Assembly (NCBI GenBank): GCA_010909165.1
Contig: MU008158.1
Coordinates: forward strand, 893,478-957,477
Source of the DNA: Anthoceros angustus
Lineage: Eukaryota > Plantae > Anthocerotophyta
Length of the DNA: 64,000 bases
Direction: 5' to 3'
Shown: positions 24,401-37,479 of the stretch, piece after piece
Numbering within the stretch: the stretch's first letter is position 1
How the letters are laid out: each line of letters opens with the position of its first letter
The notes under the pieces: generated by a model
What the model was told of the DNA's origin: nothing
Seen by the model: only the letters and a program-made list of their open reading frames with translations
The model's database searches: none
Program-made: the position numbers and the translations under genes

Positions 24401-25658
24401 TGGTACAGAAATGTCTGTGCTGGCTATTGAGGTGCCCATGTCAGGTGCAGGCTCTGGCAAGCTTGCTGTGCATTTTTGCGTGGAGGCGATGTTACAGCTT
24501 GTAGTCATTCAGATAAGTTTCCATCTTGTCCAGAATGTTGTAGACTGGCTTGTGGTTCCACAGCAGCGAAGGCCAGGACGCCAACCTGTTCCTTCTAGTG
24601 TGGTGGTCTTTGGGCTGTATCCTCGTGGTGGAGGAAAGATTTTGAGAGGCGGTAGAAGACTGGTGGTGATTCTGAAGTAGTACTTTGTTGAGCTAAGTAG
24701 TGTCATGTGGATACCATGGCCAGTATCCATTGGGCACTTTGTGAGTGATATGTATCCATCCACTGGCCGCCACAAGATGTCATCCTGACGTCATTGGCGA
24801 TTGGTGGAGAGCCTTGTCCTGTGCTCCTGGGTCGAAGGCTTAAGCTGATTAGGATTGTGATGGGTCCTGAGGATTGGCTGTTTGGGAGGTGCGGAAGTGG
24901 GCATGTGATGGTTTCTTGTAACACGTTAGTCGTGGAAATGCTTTCTTTTTGCAGAGGGTGGTGAAAGAAAAGAACGTGTTAGCGGAGCGGTTGAAAAATG
25001 CTGAGTCCGCCCGGAAAAGATTTGATGAGGAGCTGAAGCGGTATGCTACGGAAACGGTGTCACGCGAAGAACTCCGAGTGTCTCTGGAGGACGAAGTTCG
25101 GCGGCTCCAGAAGACGGTCGGGCAGACAGAAGGCGGCCTGCGTGAGAAGGAGAGCCAAGTGATGAGGTGTGAGGCATACATTGACGGAATGGAGGCGAAG
25201 CTTCACGCCTGCCAGGTGAGCGAGACTTTCTCCTTTCAACTCTTTCCTCCGGTGAGCTAGCTGCTCTTCGACCGTGATGCTGAAGCGATGACTGTCGTCT
25301 CCTGCCCCAGGACTACATCCAGACTCTGGAGGGATCCCTCCAGGAGGAGATGTCAAGGCACGCCCCGCTTTACGGGGCCGGCTTAGAAGCCCTATCCCTG
25401 AGTGAGCTGGACACTCTGGCGAGAATCCACGACGAGGGGCTTCGACAGGTGAGGAGCCTGCAGCAGCAGCGACAGGGGGCTGGGGAGGTGGTGATGGTGA
25501 ACATGCAGGACCCGAACCACTCGCCCCTGCCGAGCATGAGCCTGTACGGCACGCCGCCTCCGGTGGCGGTAGGCATGCCCTCCATGCTGGCCAACGGCGT
25601 GGTGCACAGCAATGGCCACCTGAACGGAACTATCAATCCTTGGTTCCCGGCCTCTTAA
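18421..25658 (+). CDS. Large multi-MATH/TRAF-domain protein with C-terminal coiled coil, 10 exons, ~1657 aa
   Basis: Exons 18421-19648, 20238-20711, 21153-21454, 21556-22326, 22421-22699, 22815-22976, 23075-24007, 24105-24320, 24955-25215, 25311-25658; all GT-AG and frame-consistent (4974 nt). MATH repeats such as CKWTISQFSKVKARALWSRYFEVGGYDCRLLVYPRG; resembles the Arabidopsis At2g25320-type family as I recall it. Confidence 0.92.
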
Positions 25659-26408
25659 TAAATGTATTCCTTTCCCTGGCTACCTACTACTGTCGCTGCC
25701 TCCGCCGAGGAGTTGGCCCTATTTTGTTTCCGTGTTTCGTGGTCCCAATCTGGAAGCCTGTCGTTCCAGCCATGTTTCCGAGTGTGCCAAACTTGGCGCA
25801 CGCCAGCAGCGAAGAGCGAAGCAGTAGGCGATGAGCAGGAAGGAGAAAGTGTCCAGCTGCAGTGTGTTGTGGAATCGAACTATGCAAGCGTAGTAGAGAG
25901 CGGTGGGACGTGGGTAGCACGCCGGCGAATGGAGCAGAGAACGCGGACGTGCCTGCCACCACCATCACCTGAGCAGCGAGGGTCTCACATGCTGGCGCTC
26001 CCGGTCCCCGGTCCCGCGCTATTCTGTCGCCTCAAGCCTGGGCGGGCGCGCGTTGGAAGCCTATTCCCGGCCTGCGCCTATCCATCCATCCCCGGCTGCG
26101 GCCGCCGCTGTTGCGCCTGGCATCGGGCCCGCCCTGCTCCCCCGCACCCTGCCCCGCATCGGATCTGCTCTCGCGTCGTCCGCTTAAATGCGGGCGCGGG
26201 GGCCGGGTCATGGGAAAGCGAGCCCAGCTTCCAGATTCAGCGACCTGCTTCGCTAAAGCGAGCAGATCTCTGCTTCTCAGCTCGGTCGCAGCAGCGCACA
26301 CTCCACACACACACAGACTTCGGGCGGATTCACACGTCGGGCGCTGGATGTTACGCAGCTAGCGTGGCAGGGGCGATCAGCGGGCGCGAGGCGAGATCTG
26401 TCGTCGGG

Positions 26409-28785
26409 ATGGCGGCCAATTACGGGCAGATCGGGGGGCTGGGGGAGTCGAGGGGCCGTGGGAGGCGAACAGGATGCATCACGCTGGGTTTGGGGGCCGC
26501 GCTGCTGCTGGTGGTGGCGTGCGTGTTGCTGGCCGTGCTAATCCCGCGGAGCCACCAGGAGGAGGCCAGTAACGTGTTCGTGCCCAAGTCCACCACTGCC
26601 GCCTCGCAGCTGTGCACAGGTAACGGGCAGCAGCAGCAGCAGCAGCAGCAGCACTTGCATTGCATTTGCTTTCCTCTTGGATGGATGGATGGAAGGAAGG
26701 AAGGAAGGAAGGAGGCGCTGATTTGGAGCTGGGTACGTGGTTGTGTGTGATGTGAAGGGACGGTGAACCCGCCATTGTGCGACACGGTGCTGTCCGGCGC
26801 GCCCAATGGATCCGCAGCCACCCCGCTGCAGCTGGTGCAGTTCATCATCACCAACGTGATCCAGGCAGTGGAAGCGTCCCTGGACCTGGTGAACGTGACC
26901 GTGAACAATGCCGGCGCCAACCAGCTCTCCAACGCCACGCTCTTGGCCTTCGGGGACTGCCGCGAGGTAGCTGCCATCGCCATAGCATGCGTGAATTGCA
27001 CCAGCGGTGCTAGCCTAGCCTGTTCCGGATCCACACCATCTCAATTATTCATGCTGCTTGCGTTGGTGCGTGAATTGGCTTGCAGTTGCTGGGAAACTCG
27101 CTGGACTTCCTGGCCACCAGTACGCAGCAGCTGCAGAATCTGACTCTGGCCAGCATCGAAGAGGACGCCCAGAGTGTGATCACCTACCTCAGCGCGGCGG
27201 CCACGCAGTACGACACCTGCCTGCAAGGGTTGGTGGAGGCGGCCAACCCGGTGGGCACGCCCCCGTCGGACGTCTACCCGCCCACCGACCCCTACTCCAC
27301 CAGCAACTCCACTTCCGTGTTGCAGGATCTCTACTCCATCGCGCTCTACTTCGCGGACTACATCAGCAAGCTGGCGGGCACCAACCTCCCGGCCGACATC
27401 CCCAAATCCTTCTCCCTCTCCGACCTCCTGCACAGGCGCCGCCTGCTGGAAGCTGACGAGGAGGAGGAAGAGCAGGTGGATTCTTCGCAGAACGATCAGC
27501 CGGCCTGGTACGAGCTGCCGTCCCAGCTCCAGCTCCAGCTCCAGCTCCAGCAGACGGGGCCATCTGATGCGGACGCGGAGTTCCCCAGCTGGATGAGCCA
27601 CCGCACTCGCCGAGCCCTCCTCCAGCTCGGCACCACCAAGCCCAACAAGGTCGTGTCGCATGGCACCGCCTTCAAGGGCAGCGTCAAGACCATCCAGGCT
27701 GCCGTCGACTCCGCGCCTTCCAAGAGCAGCGACCTGTACGTCATCTTCATCGACAGCGGGATCTACAAGGAGCAGGTCACCATCCCCAAGGAGAAGCAGA
27801 ACATCGCCTTCGTGGGCGCCGGCATCGACAAGACCATCATCTCCTGGGGCGCCAGCGTCGGCGGCGGCTCCACCACCTTCCTCTCCGCCACTCTGGGTAC
27901 GTGCTACTGCTTGTCTTGATGCCGGGCATCGTCACCATAATGCTAAATTCACCAGGCTGACACGACGTCTCTCTCCGATCCCATCCAGCTGTGAACGGGT
28001 TCGGATTCCTGGCGGCGGCTTTGACCATCGCCAACACGGCCGGGGCCAACAAGTTCCAGGCAGTGGCGCTGCGGGTGTCGGCGGACCAGACTGCATTCTA
28101 CAGGATCAAGGTCACCGGATTCCAGGACACGCTGTACGCGCACACGCTGCGCCAGTTCTACCGGGAGAGCACCATCGTGGGCACCGTGGACTTCATCTTC
28201 GGCAACGCCGCCGCGGTCTTCCAGCAGTGCAACATCCTGGCGTCCACGGGCATCCTGGGGCAGCAGAATACGCTCACCGCGCAGGGCAGGACCGACAGCG
28301 GCATGAACACGGGCTTCTCCTTCCAGAGCTGCATCATCGCGCCCACCAAGCAGCTCCAGTCGCAGCAAAAGAACTTCCAGTAAGCACCCTTGGCAACCGG
28401 CAACCGGCAACCGACCGGCAAAATCACCGGCATTCTTTTGTTCCGATCGGTTTCCCCGTCCTCACACCCTGTTTCTTCTCTTCTCTACAGGACGTACTTG
28501 GGCAGGCCGTGGAAGCTGTACTCCAGGACGGTCTACCTTGGCTGCACTCTCACCAACATCGTCAATCCCGCGGGCTGGCTCCCGTGGAACGGAACGTTTG
28601 CTCTCAACACGCTCTTCTACGGGGAGTACCAGAACAAGGGTCCCGGAGCTGCCACTGGCGGCCGGGTAAACTGGACCACCACCGCCATGACAGCCAGGCA
28701 GACCAAGAAGTTCCTCCTCAAGAAGCTCATCCAGGGTTCCGTCTGGCTACCGCCTACCGGCATCCCCTTCTCCAACGGGTTCTAG
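26409..28785 (+). CDS. PME: Type I pectin methylesterase (TM anchor, PMEI pro-domain, PME domain), 5 exons, 638 aa
   Basis: Exons 26409-26619, 26758-26966, 27086-27896, 27989-28379, 28491-28785 (1917 nt). Motifs QAVAL, QDTLY, GTVDFIFG, YLGRPWK; processing motif RRRLL. Confidence 0.93.
26628..26713. repeat. (CAG)8 and (GGAT/GGAA)n microsatellites in PME intron 1
   Basis: Read directly from the sequence. Confidence 0.9.
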
Positions 28786-29866
28786 ACTCTTCAAGGATCC
28801 TTCCACTCGCAAGCACAAGCTGGCCAGCCATGTTCCATGAAGACACGAGGAGTCGTAGGCTGTAGTTTATGTTGATTTCACTTCTTTCAGCCTTCTTTCA
28901 GCCATTCTTTCAGGACACGCTCAAGAACGAGCATGGCCTGCTTTTCTTTTCTTTTTTTAATTTTTGTGACTGCACACATGCAAATTGATGCAAATTGCAG
29001 TGAAATTTGTCTTTTGCCACTAGCCGGAAGCTGTTCATAGCCCCAGAGTCTGAGCTATTGCGGCCTTGTCCTTTTCTTGTCGGATGGCCGGCTCTCTAGA
29101 TGATTTCAGGCCAGGAAGGATTCGTTGGAATCATTGTACGACTGCAAACAAGTTGTAACAATGTAACATTTCCAGACATACCTGAATAGACTTCTTCGCT
29201 GAAGGCCTGGTCTGATAGCAAGCAATTTGTTGTTAAGCATGGATCGGGGATAGAGCATTGCAGGGTTGGTCTCCCTCTCAGCTCCACCCTGAGAGGATCA
29301 GACAGGAGATTTCAGACTTTCACATGTCATGCATCCTTCACTCAGGGGCCCCGTCTCACGCGGACACTTGGCCGACAGCCTGTAGATGCTCAAGGCAAGG
29401 GTGCACGAGTATGAGTCTTGGTGGTAGCTCACGCCTGGCAGATTTGCATTACAGTTTTGCGTCAAGGGCAATAAAGTTAGTCACTCATGAGACACACCAC
29501 GAACAAACCCCAGCTTCACACTTGTAATGCAGCTGGGTAACCTGCAGCGGAGATCAGCCTCTGTGGGCAACACATCTCACAGCAAAAGATCCCTGCTACA
29601 GTCAGATGTCACATGGACTCAATACAGAAGCTGGGAAGGACATGACAGCCAAGAGGCAGGGACCCGACTTTTGCATCGCCCTGTGTAATAATGCTTGACC
29701 TGTTTGCAAAATATCTCCCTCACCATTGACGAGGCAGCTTTGCTATTCCCAAGATGCTCGGAGCGACAACGCACCAGTTGGAACCTTTAGGAAAACTCTT
29801 AAGCTCCTGTGGCGGGGAAGGCATTTTTTATAAAATAAACAATTTTTTCACGTAGATGTGCCATCG

Positions 29867-29937
29867 GCGCAGCTGGTGTAGTGGTATCATAGTACCCTCC
29901 CACGGTACTGACCGGGGTTCGATTCCCCGGCTGCGCA
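29867..29937 (+). tRNA. tRNA-Gly: tRNA-Gly(CCC), copy 1
   Basis: 71 nt; acceptor GCGCAGC/GCTGCGC, anticodon arm GTACC-CTCCCAC-GGTAC, GGTTCGATTCC; upstream TATAAAA, downstream T4. Confidence 0.95.
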
Positions 29938-30174
29938 TGGGTCTACAGTTTTCGTCTAAATATATTATTAGCAAATTTTCTCAGTTTGAGAGCTTCAGAG
30001 TTTATCTGGGAATGGCGTCCTACTACAGGAGGTCGGGACAACAGCAGGTTGGTTCCCCGATTTGCTCATACAGCTGATCAACTTTGGCCATTCTCTGATT
30101 GGATCAACACAGATACCCGAGTTAAGCCTGCAGGAAGTACCTGAACATAAAAGCTTGGGCTGTGCCGCGGAAGC

Positions 30175-30569
30175 CTGGCTACCGCCTACCGGCATCCCCT
30201 TCACCAACGGTTTCTAAAGTCTCCAAGAATCCTTCCACTCGCAAGCACAATCTGGCCCCATCTTCAATGCACGGAGGAGCAGTCGGGTGTAGTTCATATT
30301 GGTTTCACGTTTCTCTCGCTCAAGAGCAAGCGTGGCCTACTTTTCATTTAAATTATAACTGCACACATGCAAATGGCAGTGAAATCTGTCCTTTGCCTTT
30401 CTTTGGCAGGAAGCTGAAGCTAACCAAAGTCTGAGCTATTGCGGCCATGTCCTTTCCTTGTCGAGATGGCCGGCTCTCTCCTGATAGCTTTAGGCCAGGA
30501 AGGATCAGTTATGACTTCAAACAATTTGCAACAATGTAAAATTTCGACACATGCCTGGTTAGACTTCTT
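30175..30569 (+). pseudogene. Duplicated 3' end (last codons plus 3'UTR) of the PME gene
   Basis: ctggctaccgcctaccggcatccccttc (WLPPTGIPFTNGF*) and downstream UTR align with 28743-29196. Confidence 0.9.
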
Positions 30570-30679
30570 GAAAGACACAGGCTGAATGAAGGCTTCACAC
30601 AGGATTGAATAAATTGCCCACGAAGAGTATCAACACTCAACATTGGAAGAGATAGCAACACATTCAAGTGGAAACAATC

Positions 30680-31246
30680 TGCTGTGGGTCAGGCTTTCTG
30701 GTCATCAAGTTGGATGATCAACGCCACAGAAATTCGACTAGTCCAATATAGAACACAATTTAACTCTGACAGGTATAGGTTGCTGTTGTACCACAAGGTC
30801 CACAACCCATCATAGATTCAGGAGGAAAAGAGCACGAAGGTGCACATGCGCAATTCAAAAGGAAATTCACACAGCGGTATCGGGGCCGCAGGTGGTGTCA
30901 CGTTTTTAGGCTAAATGCGTGTTCTCTATACTCAAGACTTGTCAGGTTCCATTCGTGACTGTTGTAGGGAACTTGGAGCAAATTCGCACCTGTACATACC
31001 CGTAGGAGGAAGAGCAGAGGCACGACATTTACATGAATGTAACCGCTTGAAGACAATGGTGTGAGCAAGCAAAATCGTTGCTCACACCATTGTCTTCAAG
31101 CGGTTGCATTCATCAGCATTCATCAGCAAGGAAACGAAAACCGATCTGAATCCTTCCGGATTCAGATCCATTTCGCAAACTGCTGTAGCTAGATGCTTGA
31201 ACTTCAAGCTCAGCCTATCTCAAGTGTCCAATTTGAGCTGCTCACG
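30680..31246 (+). pseudogene. Relic of a tandem P450 paralog: promoter/5'UTR and intron 1 remnant (continues at 37890-37943)
   Basis: tgctgtgggtcaggcttt identical at 30680 and 37944. 31002-31071 aligns with 38402-38471. 31176-31243 aligns with P450 intron 1 (39473-39533). 37890-37943 aligns with 39534-39588 (acceptor plus DIYATSVES vs ETYAGSVES). Confidence 0.8.
31033..31113 (+). ncRNA. 36-bp hairpin with 9-nt loop, candidate MIRNA/hpRNA precursor
   Basis: Arms 31033-31068 and 31078-31113 pair fully with one G:U. Transcription is not shown. Confidence 0.55.
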
Positions 31247-31394
31247 CGCTACCTGGAAACCATGCCCTTTATCATGGACTTATAATGGATTTTACTATGG
31301 AGTTACTACTCTAGTAATAAAATATCCGTAGTAAAGACAAAGCATTAATTTCCGTGGTAATGTCTCATACCTAAAGTTTACTTTACTACATAAA

Positions 31395-32340
31395 TCAACT
31401 ATACTTTTTTATTACATATATAAAAGCCTCAACAGCCTCAGCATCCTTTGCAATTTTGCGGGGCAGATAATCCCTCATCATCCACCCATCATCAGTAACA
31501 TTTTGCTTCATGATGGCTTCCATGATCTTCCCGTCGCATTCATCAGTAAGATATCCTGCCTCCTTCAATATGTCCCACACCACAATAGCCTTCTCCTTCT
31601 CCCCATTTGCACCAGCCTGCGGACCCAACTCTGGCTGTCCGGTTTTGAACTCCCTCCAAAACACTCTCAACTTCGAAAGCCAAGACCCATGATTACTTCC
31701 TACAGCCTTTATCTCATCCAGGCTTGGTTCACTAGTGTACTTTTCTCTAAACCTCTCTAGAAACCCATTCTGACCACCATAACCAAAGCAAGAATATGTA
31801 TTGCTTCCTACCTCCTTCATCCTACTCATGGCAGCTAGTTTTTGCTGGCTAAGGGCCACGACTCTGCTTATCTTGTTTTGCTCCTGCTTCAAAAACACAT
31901 CCCAATACTCTTGCTTCACACCTTTCGGGACATACTGGGGGTTAGACTTTTTTCCCTGCAAAAAATAACGGGCCTCTTTTCTAACATTGTTCCTCCAATG
32001 CTTCAAATTAGTGCTAAAAAACTGCAAGACAATAGGCTGAAACTTCCATGGCCCAGTCATAGTTTGCTTGATATATGTTTCAACATGAAGCTGGATGGCG
32101 TCTGCTTCAAAAACACATCCCAATACTCTTGCTTCACACCTTCGGGACATCGGGGTTAGACTTTTTCCACCAAAAATAACGGGCCTCTTTTCTAACATTG
32201 TTCCTCCAATGCTTCAAATTAGTGCTAAAAAACTGCAAGACAATAGGCTGAAACTTCCATGGCCCAGTCATAGTTTGCTTGATATATGTTTCAACATGAA
32301 GCTGGATGGCGTCTGTCTGTTTCCAAAAGGGATATATGAG
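31395..32340 (-). pseudogene. Ptta/En/Spm (TnpA-like) ORF disrupted by a ~218-bp tandem duplication
   Basis: NLKHWRNNVRKEARYF...VPKGVKQEYWDVFLK...SCFGYGGQNGF resembles the recalled Ptta/En/Spm profile. Duplicated segments 31884-32101 and 32102-32315. Confidence 0.55.
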
Positions 32341-32783
32341 TGGATTGCATATGTACCGGACCGCAAAATGGACTCTGTCCTTCATCGGTATGAATGAGGG
32401 ACTCTCTTGGTATATAAACCCTAAAAAACACGAGGAGTTGCAGCAAGGTTAGTACTATGGCACCAGCAAAGTTGGAGTTTAATTAGGCCTAATTCAGTCT
32501 TCAAACAGACTTAGCAAAAAGTCTGTTTGACTTTCTGCTAAGTGACAAAGTGAATAGGCTTGTTGCATGCCCTGTTATCATCGCTGTTCCAAGCCTGATA
32601 AGCCATGCCTGAAATGGGGTTGAAATTTCATGCCTAGACCCAGGCCACCATCCCGCTCTTACAGTAAATAACATTACATGAACTACAAATTAGCGTGCTT
32701 ACCAAAAGGGTGCAGATGTGAGGGAAGCACTTCTTGACAGATATCGTGAACGCTCTTCCGCTTTGGGCCCCTCTTGCCCTTCA

Positions 32784-32919
32784 CCTCCACATCGCGGCAT
32801 TCAAGTAGAAGGGTGTTCGCATCGTCCTCCACATCACGACATTCAGCTGGAAGGGTGTCCCCATCTTCCTCCACATTGCGGCATTTAGGTGGAAGGGTGT
32901 CTGCATCTTCCTCCACATC
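32784..32919. repeat. 42-bp tandem repeat x3.2 (14-aa acidic/Cys repeat on the minus strand)
   Basis: cctccacat at 32784, 32826, 32868, 32910; translates as EEDADTLPPKCRNV/EEDGDTLPAECRDV/EDDANTLLLECRDV. Confidence 0.9.
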
Positions 32920-33724
32920 TTCATCATGAGGAAGATGCTAAAACTCTGCCCCCCCAAGTAAGCCACTTGCATCCGTGGCAACACAATCTTCAATGTCAAG
33001 GCAGACAGGAAATTCAGCATTCACCCTGTTAGCATGGGCAGGCTCTACAGATGCTTCTTTAGCAGAAGGGTTCTCATTTTTTGTAGTCTTCGTGCATGGC
33101 GCACGAAATTTGCCCACACAGTTGGTTTTTTCTGACTGTCTGGTACACGGCAATATGCACCATGTACTTCCTTCTCAAACTTTGGGTGAGCATAAGTCTC
33201 CAGCCCCCTATCATGATCCACCAAGGCATCATGATTACCGGCGAGGGTAACCACCATTTTTGCATTGTTCGAAACCAGTTGTGTTGCTTGTGATTCTAAC
33301 GCGCTAGACCCTTCTGCGCGTGAAGTCAGACATCGTCCATAACGCCCTGGAGCATAGATCCGGCTTGACTGCCTCAATTTGCCGTGCCCTTCCTCGTCGA
33401 TATCTAAATCAGACTCGGCCTCTTTCCCCTCAGAACGCGGACGCTCCTCGTCCACGGCATCCTCATCGGAAACCCTGTCCGCATACCATGACTCCTGCTG
33501 CACATCATCATCAAACCCCGAGCAAGCGGCGGCACCCTTTGCCCTAGCGGTGGCAACACGGGCTTTGGGCCGCCCCGATTCCGGAACAGGTGTGCACCCA
33601 CGGCCACGCTTGCTCGTGCCAACGTGGCTATTGCATGCTCTTCCATGGCCATCACAACCAAGCCCTGCCATTAAGGACACCCGCTGGGATGCATCCCTTT
33701 TTTTCCCACTGCCCCGTTCTCGCT

Positions 33725-36187
33725 CACGAGTAACCCCAGGCCTCCTTGAAGCCCGGTTCTTTGCTAGCTCTACATCCTCGCTATTCCCGATGGACACTGA
33801 CATCTCCCATGATTCTTTAACCTTCGCCATGTGCCCTTCAATCTCCCGGGGGTGGGTCCGAGGAAGTTGGCAGCCACTTCTAGGTTCTTGTCAAGCGCAA
33901 CCAACTTTGGGTCCAGGCCAATCATCCCCTCCACAGTTGCCTCCACAGCAGCATCTCCAGCAACCATTGCCACTGTCGTCATGCGCCAAGTGTCCTTGTT
34001 CGCCTCTGCCCGCAACTCGATCTTCTGCGATTTTGGCATTTGGACCCATGGTTGGTTGTGATTAACAAGAGCAATGGAAAGAATGGCATGCCCACACTTG
34101 AAGCTTGAAGTGGCTCACAAAGCGCATCTGCTGTAAAACTTGCATCCTTACCCTAAATCCCACAGACTCCCAAAGAGGGCTGATGTGGCTTCAATCCGTC
34201 CCGCTTGCTTGCGCCAAGTGCCCTCGCTATAACCCACAATGGTAAGTTCTCCTGTTCTCTCTAGCCTTCGTGGTACATTGATCGACTGAGTAGACCCCGC
34301 CCAAATGCGATTCTCTGCTTTGTCCGGGTATTTTGGTTTTTATGAACGTCACAGCAGTCGATTCGAGCGTCCCTACCTCCATCGCTTTCCCACCTTTTGA
34401 ATGCCGTTTTCTTGTATTTAAACATTATTAAATGGTTTTTTGTCCTTGAACCATGGGAAAAGGGCAGCAGAGTCCCGCCTCGCTTTCAATCCAAGCCAAG
34501 GAACCCTACGGTTGCTTGTCCTCGGCCTTGGTAATCCAAGAATTCTGCCTATACTATCTTACCATGGTAAAATACGATATATTTCATGGAAACCCCGCAA
34601 CCCAAGGAAGGTAATCCGGCTTATAAGGCATTGAAGGAAACACTTTTTAATGGAGCCATTGTCCGTGTCTGTGTGAAGCCTTGACCACAATCTGGTGTAT
34701 TTGACCACTCGAGTTCTTTTAGAAGCACGCGCCTGTGCAAATTCCACGTCCCGGCATGCCGTTCCTCTGTAGCATTGAAACGCCTGTCTGACTGAAGATA
34801 CGTGGCGATGAGCCGTTGGCTTGTCCAAGCCATAAGAAGGGGCCACCGCCACCCCTTGGCATGGTTGGGTGTAGGTTACACTAAAGCGCAAGATTACAGT
34901 TGGCGTCTGCGATTCAAGATTGGGCGCAATTGTGAGCATGTCCAAATTTCCTCGCCACGAGTAACCCCAGGCCTCCTTGAAGCCCGGTTCTTTGCTAGCT
35001 CTACATCCTCGCTGTTCCCGATGGACACAGACATCTCCCATGATTCTTTAACCTTCGCCATGTGCCCTTCAATCTCCCGGGGGTGGGTCCGAGGAAGTTG
35101 GCAGCCACTTCTAGGTTCTTGTCAAGCGCAACCAACTTTGGGTCCAGGCCAATCATCCCTCCAGTTGCCTCCAGAAAGATCTCCAAGAACCATTGCCACG
35201 CCATGCGCCAAGTGTCCTTGTTCGCCTCACCGCAACTCGATCTTCGCGATTTTGGCATTTGGACCCATGGTTGGTTGTGATTAATAAGAGCAATGGAAAG
35301 AATGGCATGCCCACACTTGAAGCTTGAAGTGGCTCACAAAGCGATTCGCTAAAACTTGCATCCTTACCCTAAATCCCACAGACTCCCAAAGAGGGCTGAT
35401 GTGGCTTCAATCCGTCGTCCCGCCGTTTGCGCTGCCAAGTGCCCTCGCTATAACCCACAATGGTAAGTTCTCCTGTTCTCTCTAGCCTTCGTGGTACATT
35501 GATCGACTGAGTAGACCCCGCCCAAATGCGATTCTCTGCTTTGTCCGGGTATTTTGGGTTTTTATGAACTGCAGCAGTCGCCTGGCCCCTACCTCCATCG
35601 CTTTCCCACCTTTTGAATGCCGTTTTCTTGTATTTAAACATTATTAAATGGTTTTTTGTCCTTGAACCATGGGAAAAGGGCAGCAGTAGTCCCGGCCTCG
35701 CCGTTTTCAATCCCGAAAGCCAAGGAACCCTACCAGTGCTTGTCCTCGGGCCTTGGTAATCCAAGAATTCTGCCTATACTATCTTACCATGGTAAAATAC
35801 GATATATTTCATGGAAACCCCGCAACCCAAGGAAGGTAATCCGGCTTATAAGGCATTGAAGGAAACACTTTTTAATGGAGCCATTGTCCGTGTCTGTGTG
35901 AAGCCTTGACCACAATCTGGTGTATTTGACCACTGAGTTCTTTTAGAAGCACGCTACTGCGGTAAATTCCACGCCCCAAGATGCCGCTCAGTAGCATTGA
36001 AACGCCTGTCTGACTGAAGATACGTGGCGATGAGCCGTTGGCTTGTCCAAGCCATAAGAAGGGGCCACCGCCACCCCTTGGCATGGTTGGGTGTAGGTTA
36101 CACTAAAGCGCAAGATTACAGTTGGCGTCTGCGATTCCGAAGATTGGAGCGCCGAATTACAGTGAGCATGTCCAAATTTCCCTGTCC
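33725..36187. repeat. ~1.23-kb tandem duplication inside the CACTA element
   Basis: cacgagtaaccccaggcctcc starts at 33725 and 34956; copies are collinear and differ mainly by 1-3 bp indels. Confidence 0.95.
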
Positions 36188-36310
36188 ACGCCAATTTTTC
36201 CTTGTTGTTTGTGGTTGGCATGGACGCACCCTCGTGCGTATCATGTGCACTAGGGCGTGCTTTGAGACGTGCACTGAAGGGCGACCATATGCAAGGGTGA
36301 GGACTTGCCA

Positions 36311-36411
36311 CGGCCATGAGCCGCGGCATATGCTTGTGCCTCGGCCATGAGCCACGACATATGCTTGTGCCTCGGCCATGAGCCACGGCACATGCTTGTG
36401 CCTCGGCCATG
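36311..36411. repeat. 31-bp minisatellite x3.2
   Basis: cggccatgagccRcgRcaYatgcttgtgcct at 36311, 36342, 36373, partial at 36404. Confidence 0.95.
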
Positions 36412-37479
36412 TCCTCACCCATGGCCGCGCCTTAGCGTCGCCCATGTATGCAGCCCAATCGCGACTCCCCAAGAACCTAATCACCATTAGTCCTGACACA
36501 TGAATGGTTTTCCAGGGAATTTTGTGATTGTGATTAACAAGCATCGATGGCCGCAGCACCTGAAGCATGATCTCCCGGAGATGGGTGGCCGGAATATGCT
36601 GCTCAGTGGGAGGCCACCATCTGCGCCACCTTTGATCACGCATGGGCAATTCGGGGTCAACTAACCCCACGCGATACCATCGTGACCGCAGAGGATGCCC
36701 ATAGAATTGTTGAGGGTGTCCCTGATGCGGAGTTTCTAGAGTTCTGCACGCGGTTCATTGTAGTGGGCCAAAGCCTTTCGGAGGTAGATTCAATGCTCGA
36801 ATGATGCCTGTGTCGTGGACGCCCGGGATACTCACATGGGTGGACGAGCGGCGACATACCATGAGGCTTCTATGGGATGCCATAAAGGTGCGTTTTGGCC
36901 CAAACCCCCATTAGTGTGAACATATTTAGGGTATGCAATTTAGGGTTTGTGGCAACCCCTAAAAATTCGCAAAAAGGGCCATGCTGTCATGCTTTTGATA
37001 ACTTAGTAAAAGACGGCCCATTGTAAGTATCATATACGCCCATAGTGATCCCATACCTAAAATGTGTAATGTAAAAAGTAGATCCGTTGTAAATCCAGGT
37101 AGTAGAAAAAGAAAAGTGGTGGATAGTAAATAAGAGCCTTAAAAGGAAAACGCCCATTGTAAAACATATTTGTAGTAGAAAAACTTATCCCTGTGTAAAT
37201 CTCCATGTAGTAATTTCCATACTTGAGTAGTAAAGTCCTCCATCTTGTTGTGAACCTCAATTGCCTTTGTAATAAACGACTTTCGCCACTGCCCCGTCAT
37301 CGTATTGAGTCACTGAGAAATCCCACCACAGTAAAATACTACAACCCTTGTTGAAAAATCTATTGGTATACTCCTAGAAAATAATTCGGCCAATAAACAC
37401 CCATAGTAAAACAAAAATGTGCTCCACTCTCTCATCTCTCTATAAAACAGAGTTTAGTAAAGGGCATGGTTTCTTAGTA

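Noticed and set aside
24321-24954. Intronic snoRNA or hidden ORF in the longest MATH intron
   Set aside because: Only imperfect C boxes (GTGATGG) without terminal stems; the short ORFs show no recognisable motif.
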